Assembly: GCA_013336225.1 (NCBI GenBank)
Contig: JAAXUC010000001.1
Location: forward strand, 35,949-99,948
Direction: 5' to 3'
DNA length: 64,000 nucleotides
DNA from: Candidatus Moraniibacteriota bacterium
GTDB taxonomy: Bacteria > Patescibacteriota > Minisyncoccia > Moranbacterales > GWC2-37-73
The notes under the pieces are model-generated. The model worked only from the letters and a program-made list of their open reading frames with translations. It had not been told where the DNA came from and did no database searches. Both the position numbers and the translations under genes were made by a program. This document shows, piece after piece, positions 1 to 8,851 of this stretch. Numbering within the stretch: position 1 is the stretch's first letter; the number at the start of each line of letters is the position of its first letter.

Positions 1-432
1 GTGGCCATGCTTATTAAGACTGCCACTGACAACCGAAACAGGACTGGTAGCGAGGTGCGCAGCATTTTGACGAAAGCTGGCGGCAAGCCTGCGGCTGAAG
101 GCGGGGTTAAATTCATGTTTAAATTGGTGGGCAATATTGCCGTGGCTGTTGGCGAGCATGATCCGGCCGAAGTGGAAATGTCCATCATCGAAGCAGGCGC
201 TGAGGATATGCTTTTTGAAGGTGATACAGTCATTGTTTACACTAAAATTGAAGACTTGCAAAAAGTGAAGGAAAATCTGGATAAAGCAGGACTCACCGTG
301 GACGGCGCTGAATTGGTGTATGCAGCGGTGCGAAAAACCGAGCTGGATGGCGATTCAAGGCTTGATTATGAGAAACTTTTGGAAAAATTGGATGAGAATG
401 ACGACGTGCAGGAAATATACGACAATCTGTAA
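1..432 (+). CDS. YebC/PmpR family probable transcriptional regulator. C-terminal part only; the 5' end is cut by the window edge.
   Basis: The translation (MLIKTATDNRNRTGSEVRSILTKAGG...DDVQEIYDNL) matches the conserved C-terminal half of YebC/DUF28 proteins. Synteny with the downstream ruvC is the classic yebC-ruvC arrangement. Confidence 0.75.
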   Translation: MAMLIKTATDNRNRTGSEVRSILTKAGGKPAAEGGVKFMFKLVGNIAVAVGEHDPAEVEMSIIEAGAEDMLFEGDTVIVYTKIEDLQKVKENLDKAGLTVDGAELVYAAVRKTELDGDSRLDYEKLLEKLDENDDVQEIYDNL

Positions 433-439
433 TCTTGGG

Positions 440-587
440 GATTACGAATTGTAATTTCGAAGTATGAATTTTGAATTTCGAATGAAATCTTAATGATTTA
501 ATGTTTCAAACATTGGAAATTCAAAATTAAAAATTTATTCAAAATTCAAAATTCAAAATTAAAAATTCCCCTGAAACTCTGCGAGTC
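440..587. repeat. Palindromic intergenic heptamer-arm element, copy R1. Left arm is GAATTTY repeats, then a central AATGTTTCAAACATT hairpin, then a right arm of AAAATTC repeats.
   Basis: Seen directly in the sequence. The element is an imperfect long palindrome and is homologous to the copies at 1077-1229, 11764-11883 and 48124-48281. Confidence 0.6.
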
Positions 588-1073
588 ATGGGCATCGATC
601 CTGGGACGGCCATTGTTGGCTGGGCTATTTTGGATGAAACGAAAGGCTGCGTGACTGCAGTGGCCTATGGGCACATCACCACTTCTCCAAAAAAAACGAC
701 TGCCGAGCGACTTTTTGAGGTGGTGAAAGATTTGGAGCAGATAATTGAAAAATATAAGCCAAATGAGGCTGCCGTGGAGGATTTGTTCTTTTTCAAGAAT
801 GTGAAAACCGTGATGAAAGTGAGCCAAGCTCGGGGGTCAATACTCTTGACATTGGAGAGATTTTGTGTTAGCATATTTGAATACACACCACTGCAAGTCA
901 AACAAGCATTGACTGGCTATGGCAGAGCTGAAAAGAAGCAGATTCAATTGATGGTAAAGAATATTTTGAAACTAAAGGAAATTCCTAAGCCTGATGACAC
1001 CGCAGATGCAATCGCAATTGCACTGTGCCATATTAATTCAAGAAAGATGACTGCAGTGAAGAAAAGTTGCTGA
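588..1073 (+). CDS. ruvC: Crossover junction endodeoxyribonuclease RuvC
   Basis: The N-terminus MGIDPGTAIVGWAIL is the RuvC signature. Length (161 aa) fits, and it is syntenic with yebC upstream. Confidence 0.85.
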   Translation: MGIDPGTAIVGWAILDETKGCVTAVAYGHITTSPKKTTAERLFEVVKDLEQIIEKYKPNEAAVEDLFFFKNVKTVMKVSQARGSILLTLERFCVSIFEYTPLQVKQALTGYGRAEKKQIQLMVKNILKLKEIPKPDDTADAIAIALCHINSRKMTAVKKSC

Positions 1074-1076
1074 TAA

Positions 1077-1229
1077 AAAGTACAAATAGTGAGTTTTATT
1101 TTAATATTAATTTCGAATTTTTAATTCTGAATTTCGATTGAATTTTTAATGTTTCAAAATTGAATGTTTAAAGCATTTTGATTTGATTCAAAATTCAAAA
1201 TTGGAAATTCAAAATTTTTTATTAATGCT
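1077..1229. repeat. Palindromic intergenic heptamer-arm element, copy R2
   Basis: Same architecture as R1: AATTTCGAATTT arms, a central AATGTTT..AAACATT-like hairpin, and AAATTCAAAATT arms. Confidence 0.55.
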
Positions 1230-1886
1230 ATGGAAAATATCAGTCCTATTATCGGATATTTTATTCATCAAGGAGTACCACTGGAAACCGTTGTGCTTTT
1301 GTTTATGTTGCCTATCGTGGTGACATTAATTGCTTTTTTCCGTCAGGTGATTGGAATCAAGGCTTTTGGGATTTACACTCCGGCGATTGTGACCTTTGCT
1401 TTTTTGGCAGTGCCACAACTTCGCTATGGAGTGCTCATTTTCATTGTGGTTATTTTGGTTGGAATGTTGCTGCGCTTTGCGCTGAAAGGTTTGCGCATCT
1501 TGTATTTGCCACGCGTAGCTATTACACTCAGCATTATTGCATTTTCAATCTTGATTTTGCTCAGTGCAGGTGGAGCGATGCATCGCACGGGACTGGCTGC
1601 AGTTTCAATTTTTCCAATTTTGATCATGATTACGATTGTGGAGAAATTTGTGGCAGCTCAAATTGAAAAAGGCAATAAAGCAGCAGTCATCTTGGCGGTG
1701 GAGACTTTGATAATTTCCCTTTTTGGATATTATTTAGCAAGTTGGCCACTTTTAATCAAAGGAATCGTGGCTGTGCCATGGCTGATTTTGATCACCATTC
1801 CGATAAATATCTTTTTGGGGAAATGGGATGGTTTGCGCTTAAATGAGTACATTCGTTTCAGGGAGGTTTTGAAAAATCTTAAATAA
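1230..1886 (+). CDS. Polytopic (about 7 TM) membrane protein, possibly a 7TM partner of the adjacent RimK-like ligase (UUP1/7TM_transglut-like, without the transglutaminase part).
   Basis: The 218-aa translation is almost entirely hydrophobic helices. The call rests on membrane topology plus gene neighbourhood, not on recognised motifs. Confidence 0.4.
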   Translation: MENISPIIGYFIHQGVPLETVVLLFMLPIVVTLIAFFRQVIGIKAFGIYTPAIVTFAFLAVPQLRYGVLIFIVVILVGMLLRFALKGLRILYLPRVAITLSIIAFSILILLSAGGAMHRTGLAAVSIFPILIMITIVEKFVAAQIEKGNKAAVILAVETLIISLFGYYLASWPLLIKGIVAVPWLILITIPINIFLGKWDGLRLNEYIRFREVLKNLK

Positions 1887-2013
1887 TAACAGTGTCATCC
1901 TGAACTTGTTTCAGAGCCTGTCCTGAATTTAGTTCAGGAATCTCTCGAAAGGAAACACTTTGTGTGTTGAGGCTCGGGATTCCGGATCAAGTCCGGAATG
2001 ACAAATTTTTTCT

Positions 2014-3447
2014 ATGTTGGAAATTTTTAAGAATGGTAGCAAATTGCTAGGCATGAATGCTCGCAATTTGGATTACATTCGTCCATACAATCGAAAAAAG
2101 GCAAAAAAATTGGCAGATGACAAGATTTTAAGCAAACGCATGCTTAAAAAAGGTGGAATCCCTGTGCCAAAATTGCTTGCGAAAATACGAACCGCTGAGG
2201 AATTGGAAAATTTCGATTGGTCTTCTTTGCCGAGCACATTTGCGCTTAAACCAAATCGTGGCTATGGCGGTGGCGGAATCATGGTTGTTTATGGTCGCAA
2301 AAAACTTTCACGCAAAGAAATTGCCAACACTGAGGACGGCGAAACACCTTTACCAGTCTGGGTGAAATCAGATGGCGGCAAAGTTACAGTGGAAGATTTG
2401 AAAAGTCATATTCTAAACATTCTCGATGGTGCTTTTTCACTTGCAAACATGCCTGACATTGCTTTTTTTGAAGAACGCCTGACATTGCTGAAACTTTTCA
2501 AGCCGTATGCCTACAAGGGGATTCCTGATATTCGTGTGATTGTGTTCAATCGCATTCCGGTGATGGCCATGCTTCGTTTGCCAACCAAGGAATCTGGCGG
2601 CAAAGCAAATTTGCAACAAGGTGGAATTGGAGTCGGAATTGATTTGGCAACAGGTGTGACCACCACGGCTGTTTTGGGTAAGGGGAAGATTATTGATTAT
2701 GTGCCTGGCACTCGCATGCTTCTTTCTGGAATCAGAATTCCATATTGGAAAGAAATGTTGCTGCTTGCCGTGAAAGCACAAGAAATCTCAGGAATGGGCT
2801 TTTTGGGTGCTGATGTGGCAATTGATCGTGTGCGCGGCCCGGTCTTTTTGGAAATTAATGCGCGTCCAGGACTTTCAATTCAAGTTGCAAACCTTAGTGG
2901 ACTTAAAGAAAGACTTGAGCGCATCAAAGGTCTTAAGATTAAAACAGCTGTGCGCGGCGTACGTGTGGGCAGAGATCTTTTCGGGGGTGAAATTGAGGAA
3001 GAATTGGAGGAAATTTCTGGACGAAAAGTGATTGGCACAATTGAAAAGATAAGACTTATTGGAAAAAATGGAAAATCTGTTGAACTTGAAGCAAAAATTG
3101 ATACCGGGGCTGGATTCACTTCTATCGACACTGATCTTGCTGAAAAACTTGGTTTTGAAGATACAGTGAGGGAATATCAAAAAATTGAAACCACCTATAA
3201 AGATATTAAGCATTTAAGTAAAACAGAGCGCTGGAACATTTATAAGCATATTCCAAATCTGGAAAGCACTGTGGTTGTCAATTCTGCAAGTGGAAGCACT
3301 TACCGTCCTACCATTAAAATTACTGTCATTATGGATAACGTTATCATTCCAACAAAGGTAACATTGATCAATCGTGCACACTTGAAATACCCAATAATTA
3401 TTGGGAAAAGAAATCTGAAGAAATTTTTAATTGATGTTTCAAAATAA
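2014..3447 (+). CDS. Alpha-L-glutamate ligase-like ATP-grasp (RimK-related) fused to a C-terminal retropepsin-like aspartic protease domain (DUF785, the so-called putative ATP-dependent zinc protease)
   Basis: The N-terminus (KLLGMNARNLDYIRPYNRKKAKKLADDKILSKRML...GIPVP) resembles the alpha-L-glutamate-ligase-like family, and the ATP-grasp core is visible (FLEINARPGLS). The C-terminal part carries a D-T-G-A aspartic protease motif (KIDTGAGFTSID). Confidence 0.7.
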   Translation: MLEIFKNGSKLLGMNARNLDYIRPYNRKKAKKLADDKILSKRMLKKGGIPVPKLLAKIRTAEELENFDWSSLPSTFALKPNRGYGGGGIMVVYGRKKLSRKEIANTEDGETPLPVWVKSDGGKVTVEDLKSHILNILDGAFSLANMPDIAFFEERLTLLKLFKPYAYKGIPDIRVIVFNRIPVMAMLRLPTKESGGKANLQQGGIGVGIDLATGVTTTAVLGKGKIIDYVPGTRMLLSGIRIPYWKEMLLLAVKAQEISGMGFLGADVAIDRVRGPVFLEINARPGLSIQVANLSGLKERLERIKGLKIKTAVRGVRVGRDLFGGEIEEELEEISGRKVIGTIEKIRLIGKNGKSVELEAKIDTGAGFTSIDTDLAEKLGFEDTVREYQKIETTYKDIKHLSKTERWNIYKHIPNLESTVVVNSASGSTYRPTIKITVIMDNVIIPTKVTLINRAHLKYPIIIGKRNLKKFLIDVSK

Positions 3448-4399
3448 TATGAAAAATATTGTCATCATGTATGCTGGTGATGATTGGAAAAAAGAAATTC
3501 CAATCACGAATGATGGTACTAGGATTGCCATCCAGGACTGGATGATTCGAGCTGGGAAAATTAGGGTAAATCTCTACCGCGCAAGTATGAAATGGTATGA
3601 TTTAGAAAAAAATGTTTTCACAAAGGCTTGGTTTTTTAAGGATGGAATTTGGCAAAGATGCGAAAATGAGATTGAGCCAGATATGATTTATGATAAGGTT
3701 TTAAGTAAATATGATTATTCCTTACTGGATTTTAAATTAAAAATAGCTCAAAAAACACTGCTTTTCAATTCACCGCTTTTTCGTGCAACATTCAATAACA
3801 AATTATCTCAATATGTGATGTTTGGAGAATTTATGCCTTTTTCTCAAATTGCAAATAATAAAAAAGAATTCGAAAATTCAATAGCAAAAAGTGGGTCTGA
3901 AAAAATCGTAGTGAAGCCACTATATGGTTCTGGAGGTTTTGGTATTTTTATTGGTGGAAAGAAAGAAGCCTTAATGGAAGATTACAATTTTCCTGTCTTG
4001 GTGCAAGAATTTATTCTAAGCGAAAAAGGTATTCCTGGAGTTTCTAAAAATAATGAAGTTGCAGATCTCAGGTTGGTTTTTCAGGGAGGAAAGTTGGCTT
4101 ATGCACTTTCCAGAATTGCTGCTGACGGATCATTGTTTACCAATCTGCATCAAGGCGCAACAGGAAAAATGATTGCTGGTGAAGATATTCCAGAAAGCAT
4201 AACTGAAATGGCAAAAAAGATTAATAGCAAGATTTCAGTTTTTCAAAATGCTCAATATTCCTTGGATTTTATTTTTGATAATAGTGGGAGGCCATATTTT
4301 ATTGAAATGAATACGACACCAGGCATTGATTTGGTCACGCTCTTGGCTGATGAAAAAACAAAACAAGAAAATTTTGAATCCATAAGCGAACTGTTGTAA
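3431..4399 (+). CDS. ATP-grasp superfamily ligase (second ATP-grasp gene of the cluster). The start overlaps the upstream gene and may instead be the ATG at 3449.
   Basis: ATP-grasp motifs are present: KIVVKPLYGSGGFGIFIG and PYFIEMNTTPGIDL. There is no clear RBS, and the sequence is AT-rich. Confidence 0.6.
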   Translation: MMFQNNMKNIVIMYAGDDWKKEIPITNDGTRIAIQDWMIRAGKIRVNLYRASMKWYDLEKNVFTKAWFFKDGIWQRCENEIEPDMIYDKVLSKYDYSLLDFKLKIAQKTLLFNSPLFRATFNNKLSQYVMFGEFMPFSQIANNKKEFENSIAKSGSEKIVVKPLYGSGGFGIFIGGKKEALMEDYNFPVLVQEFILSEKGIPGVSKNNEVADLRLVFQGGKLAYALSRIAADGSLFTNLHQGATGKMIAGEDIPESITEMAKKINSKISVFQNAQYSLDFIFDNSGRPYFIEMNTTPGIDLVTLLADEKTKQENFESISELL

Positions 4400-5433
4400 T
4401 GAAAAATGAAAATTTACGTATCGCTATTGTGGCACCACCTTTTGGCGACACTGGAGGTCCTGAGGTTGTCACGCAAAATTTGACAGATGCTTTCTTAAAT
4501 ATGGGCGTGGACGTGACATTGTTTGCGCCAGCTGATTGGAATACAAGAGCAAAACATATTCCTACATTAGGAAAAAGCATTCAGAATATGACAAAAGCTG
4601 AAAAAAGCGATATCTCAAAACTTCGAATTGAGAGTCAAATGAAAGTGGTGGAATTTGCTGAAAATTTTGATATCATTCATTTTCATAGTCAACGTGAAGC
4701 TGCTAGTGTTGCAAATAAAATAAAAAATCCTTGCGTTGTTTCATTTCACAATAGAATTTCGCAGGACGTTTTTGATGGAGCCTTGGCAGCTGGCTTGTAT
4801 ACTGTGGCACTTAGCCAAAATCAAAGAGGGAATCTTAAGACATCTGCAATTATCTACAATGGGGTTCCTATGCGGAATATAAAATATTCATTCGAAAAAG
4901 GAGAGTATCTAATGTTTGTAGGCAGATTGAATGATCAAAAAGGCATAGATACAGCAATTGAAATTGCGATAAAGGCCCATAAAAAATTGTTCATTTTTGG
5001 TAGGATTGGCAATACGTCTGAAAGAAAAAAGTTTTTTGCTGAAAAAATAGAACCATTCTTAAATGATAACATTATATATAAAGGAGAAGTTGATCATAGT
5101 GAGATATATGAGTTTTTGAGAGGTGCTGAAGCATTGCTTTTCCCAATAAGGAGACCGGAGGTTTGTCCTATGGTTGTGGCAGAAGCTTTGGCGTGCGGCA
5201 CGCCAATAATTGGAACTACTATTGGGCCATTGCCAGAACTTTTGCGCAGTAAAAAAATTGCATTTCTTTCTGATCATATAGATGAGTTGGTCGAGGCTGT
5301 TCAACACACTGATCGTTTTGATAGGACAGAATGCAGGAAATATGCTCAAGATAATTTTGATAGCATTGTTATGGCTAAAAAATATTTGGATCTTTATGAT
5401 AAAATTATAAAAAATACTAATCATACCACATAG
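4399..5433 (+). CDS. Glycosyltransferase family 4 (GT-B fold)
   Basis: GT4 signatures are FVGRLNDQKGID and EVCPMVVAEALACGTPIIG. The start overlaps the upstream stop (TAATG), indicating an operon. Confidence 0.75.
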   Translation: MKNENLRIAIVAPPFGDTGGPEVVTQNLTDAFLNMGVDVTLFAPADWNTRAKHIPTLGKSIQNMTKAEKSDISKLRIESQMKVVEFAENFDIIHFHSQREAASVANKIKNPCVVSFHNRISQDVFDGALAAGLYTVALSQNQRGNLKTSAIIYNGVPMRNIKYSFEKGEYLMFVGRLNDQKGIDTAIEIAIKAHKKLFIFGRIGNTSERKKFFAEKIEPFLNDNIIYKGEVDHSEIYEFLRGAEALLFPIRRPEVCPMVVAEALACGTPIIGTTIGPLPELLRSKKIAFLSDHIDELVEAVQHTDRFDRTECRKYAQDNFDSIVMAKKYLDLYDKIIKNTNHTT

Positions 5434-5435
5434 AT

Positions 5436-6347
5436 ATGAATAATATCGATATTTTGAGAGAAGTCGAAACTAATTACAAAGATAATTTTGAAAGGCTTGA
5501 GGATAAAAAATTTCACTTCGCAGCTAGGCTGTTTCTTTGGTTTGGCGATGAGTTTGCAAAAAATAAATTAGCAGAACTTCAAGCTGAATATATTGGGAAA
5601 AATGAGCAAGAGTACAGTGAAAAAATCACAGAAATATTGAAAGAGGATAGTAGCAATGAAGGTCTCTTATTTAAAAATGAACGTGCAAAATTCTTTAACA
5701 AATATCCGCTTTTAAAAAGATATAATAAAATCTTATTTAGAAATCTGTTTTGTCAGATAATTTATGGAATAAATTTAAAACCAGTAATAAGTAAACAGAT
5801 AAATAAAGAGGATCTAATTGATTTGAAAAATGCATTATTGCATGATAGTGAGGCTATCGCAACACTTTCAACGCATGCAATAAATTACTTTTATACTTTG
5901 GATTATTATTTAAATGAAGAGGAATCATTTCTTGATCCAGCACTGTTTTTGGATATTGTTAAAAACAAGAAAAATTCAATTTTGAAAGTATATCTCTTAA
6001 CACATTGCATAATAGGAGAGTCCGCTTTTTATTCCAGGGCTATAAAAAGAAATTTGGCAGTATATGATAAAATGTTTATTGAATTGGAAACTATCATAGC
6101 TAATGATTATGCAGAGATATCCCTTGACAATAAGGTTGAATTTTTAGTTTGTGCTAAGTTGTGTCAAAAAAAGAGCATCTTGAAAGAAAAAATATTATTG
6201 GATACTGTCTTGTCTTTTGACTCAAATAACAAGTGTTTCATTGAAAATAGCGGGAAAAAATTGAAAGACACTTTCAGAAAAGGTGAGCATAGAAATGTGC
6301 TTGCGCTCATGGCTTTTTATTCTGAAAAAACAAGTCAGGAAGCTTGA
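5436..6347 (+). CDS. Hypothetical protein (303 aa)
   Basis: A long ORF tightly coupled to the upstream glycosyltransferase. It is AT-rich with no recognisable motifs. Confidence 0.5.
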   Translation: MNNIDILREVETNYKDNFERLEDKKFHFAARLFLWFGDEFAKNKLAELQAEYIGKNEQEYSEKITEILKEDSSNEGLLFKNERAKFFNKYPLLKRYNKILFRNLFCQIIYGINLKPVISKQINKEDLIDLKNALLHDSEAIATLSTHAINYFYTLDYYLNEEESFLDPALFLDIVKNKKNSILKVYLLTHCIIGESAFYSRAIKRNLAVYDKMFIELETIIANDYAEISLDNKVEFLVCAKLCQKKSILKEKILLDTVLSFDSNNKCFIENSGKKLKDTFRKGEHRNVLALMAFYSEKTSQEA

Positions 6348-6463
6348 TAAAAAATTTATTTCCTGTATACTTGAGCAGCTTTGAAAAAAGCTGTTTTAAG
6401 CATATAATGTAGTTACAAATCAGTGTTGTCGTTATAAATGTTTGTTAACTAAAATTTTTCAAT

Positions 6464-8836
6464 ATGAACTCAAATTTCATTTCACAAAGATTTAAAAGTA
6501 ACTCAGGAAAAAACAAATGGAAACTTGCTTGGAAAGCACTGGCAATTCTTTTTGGAGCTGGAATTGTGACTGTCATAGGCATATTTTTGTATTTTGCTAA
6601 AGATTTGCCAAGCGCAAATTCGGTGGATGCAAAATTGGTGGTGCAATCCACAAAAATTTATGATCGCACCGGCGAGCATCTTTTGTATGATGTGCATGGA
6701 GAAGAAAAGAGAACAGTGATTCCTTTCGATCAAATCCCGGACAATGTGAAATATGCAACCATTGCACTGGAAGATCAAACTTTTTATACGCATCATGGTG
6801 TGGATCCGAAATCAATCTTGCGTAGTGCGCTTAAAGATGTGATTAAGGGAGGAGCCGCGCAAGGTGGCAGCACCATAACTCAACAATTCATCAAGCAAAC
6901 TTTGCTCAGCAATGAAAAAACCATCACCAGAAAAATTAAGGAAGTCATTTTGGCAATTGAACTTGAACAGAAATATACCAAAGACGAGATTTTAAACATG
7001 TATTTGAATCAGATTCCGTATGGTTCAAGCGCCTATGGAGTGGAAGCTGCTGCACAGACATTTTTTGGGAAAGCAGCTAGAGATTTGACGTTAGCGGAAG
7101 CAGCTTTGTTGGCATCACTTCCAAATGCCCCAACCTATTATTCTCCTTTTGGCTCTCATACCGATGCCTTGGTAGGCAGAAAAAGTTCAGCTTTGCAGAA
7201 AATGGCTGATCAAGGCTATATCACGCAAGAGCAAGCAGATGAGGCAAAGAAGGTGGACATTTTGGCGGAAATAAATCCAAAACTAGACAACATATCAGCT
7301 CCACATTTTGTGATGTATGTGAAAGATTATTTGGAGCAAAAATATGGCGAGCAATCAGTGGAACAAGGAGGATTGAAGGTGTATACAACACTTGATTGGG
7401 ACAAGCAACAAGCAGCCGAAAAAGCAGTGAGTGAGGGTGCAGAAAAAAACGTTGCCAATAAAGCTTCCAATGCAGCACTGGTGGCTTCTGACCCAAGAAC
7501 AGGACAAATTCTGGCAATGGTTGGCTCCAAAAACTATTTTGACAAATCCATTGATGGACAGGTCAATGTTGCAATCCGTGATCGCCAGCCTGGTTCATCT
7601 TTCAAGCCATATGCATATCTGACAGCTTTCACAAAAGGATACACTCCGGAAACATTGATTTATGACGTGCCGACAAATTTTTCCACGGATGGTGAAAAAG
7701 ATTACACTCCACAAAACTATGACGGGAAGTTTCATGGGCCGCTGCAAATGAAAAATACGCTACCAATGTCACTCAACATTCCCGCTGTGAAAACTTTGTA
7801 TCTGGCTGGACTCAATGATGCCACAGCGCTAGCCAAAGGTTTGGGAATAACTGGGCTCAATGATCCATCGCGCTATGGCCTGTCTTTGGTTTTGGGTGGT
7901 GGCGAAGTTAAATTGATTGATCATGTGAATGCCTATGGTGCGTTGGCCGCTGGAGGAGTTCATCGGGATATCGCAATTATCATGAAGATCGAGGATAAGG
8001 ATGGAGCTGTGATTGAAAAATATAAAGACAATCCTGGCAATCGCGTGGTGGAAGAAAAGTATGTGGCTATGCTTGACTATATTATGTCTACCAATGAATT
8101 TAGAGCTCCGGTTTTCGGTGAAAACAGCCCGTTCAAATTTGTGGATCGTCCGGTGGCTGCAAAAACTGGAACAACCAATGAATTTCGTGATGGTTGGGCT
8201 ATGGGATATACGCCTTCAATCGCAGTTGGTGTTTGGGCTGGAAACAATGACAACACTTCCATGAAAGTCGGTGCCGATGGAATCGTGGTGGCAGCTCCAA
8301 TTTGGAGAAGTTTCATGAATTTCGCTTTGGGCAACAGCGCAATTGAACAATTTCCAAAATATGAAAAAGAAGATGCTGGAAAAGATGTGTTGAATGGAAA
8401 ATCTGATTCACAGAAAAATTTGAAAGTTTGTAAAATAGAAGTTAAGAAATACAAAGATAAGATTGGAAAATATTGTTTGGCCAATGACAGTTGTCCATCT
8501 GGCAGTGATGATAAAAAAGATTTTGCAACTGCTCACACCATTTTGTATTATGTGAACAAAGATGACCCACGAGGAGAAGCTCCAGCAAATCCGGAAAAAG
8601 ATCCTCAATTCAAGAACTGGGAAAGCGGCGTGCAAGAATGGTTCAAGGGCGAAAACAAAGATGATAATGGTGCCGCCCCAACAGAGGAGTGTAAGGAGGA
8701 ATATTTTCCTAAGCCTAAGGAGAAAGATTCCTCTGAAGAAAAACAAGCAGCTCCAACTTGCTCTGACGGTAGTCAAAATGGAGATGAAACAGGGGTGGAT
8801 TGTGGTGGGTCATGCAGTGCTTGTCTTATAATTTAA
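6464..8836 (+). CDS. Class A penicillin-binding protein (bifunctional transglycosylase/transpeptidase) with an unusual Cys-rich C-terminal extension
   Basis: It has an N-terminal TM helix, GT51 motifs (ALEDQTFYTHHGVD and STITQQ), a transpeptidase domain with SSFKP and KTGTT, and a C-terminal tail ending CSDGSQNGDETGVDCGGSCSACLII. Confidence 0.85.
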   Translation: MNSNFISQRFKSNSGKNKWKLAWKALAILFGAGIVTVIGIFLYFAKDLPSANSVDAKLVVQSTKIYDRTGEHLLYDVHGEEKRTVIPFDQIPDNVKYATIALEDQTFYTHHGVDPKSILRSALKDVIKGGAAQGGSTITQQFIKQTLLSNEKTITRKIKEVILAIELEQKYTKDEILNMYLNQIPYGSSAYGVEAAAQTFFGKAARDLTLAEAALLASLPNAPTYYSPFGSHTDALVGRKSSALQKMADQGYITQEQADEAKKVDILAEINPKLDNISAPHFVMYVKDYLEQKYGEQSVEQGGLKVYTTLDWDKQQAAEKAVSEGAEKNVANKASNAALVASDPRTGQILAMVGSKNYFDKSIDGQVNVAIRDRQPGSSFKPYAYLTAFTKGYTPETLIYDVPTNFSTDGEKDYTPQNYDGKFHGPLQMKNTLPMSLNIPAVKTLYLAGLNDATALAKGLGITGLNDPSRYGLSLVLGGGEVKLIDHVNAYGALAAGGVHRDIAIIMKIEDKDGAVIEKYKDNPGNRVVEEKYVAMLDYIMSTNEFRAPVFGENSPFKFVDRPVAAKTGTTNEFRDGWAMGYTPSIAVGVWAGNNDNTSMKVGADGIVVAAPIWRSFMNFALGNSAIEQFPKYEKEDAGKDVLNGKSDSQKNLKVCKIEVKKYKDKIGKYCLANDSCPSGSDDKKDFATAHTILYYVNKDDPRGEAPANPEKDPQFKNWESGVQEWFKGENKDDNGAAPTEECKEEYFPKPKEKDSSEEKQAAPTCSDGSQNGDETGVDCGGSCSACLII

Positions 8837-8851
8837 AATTACTTACAAAAA

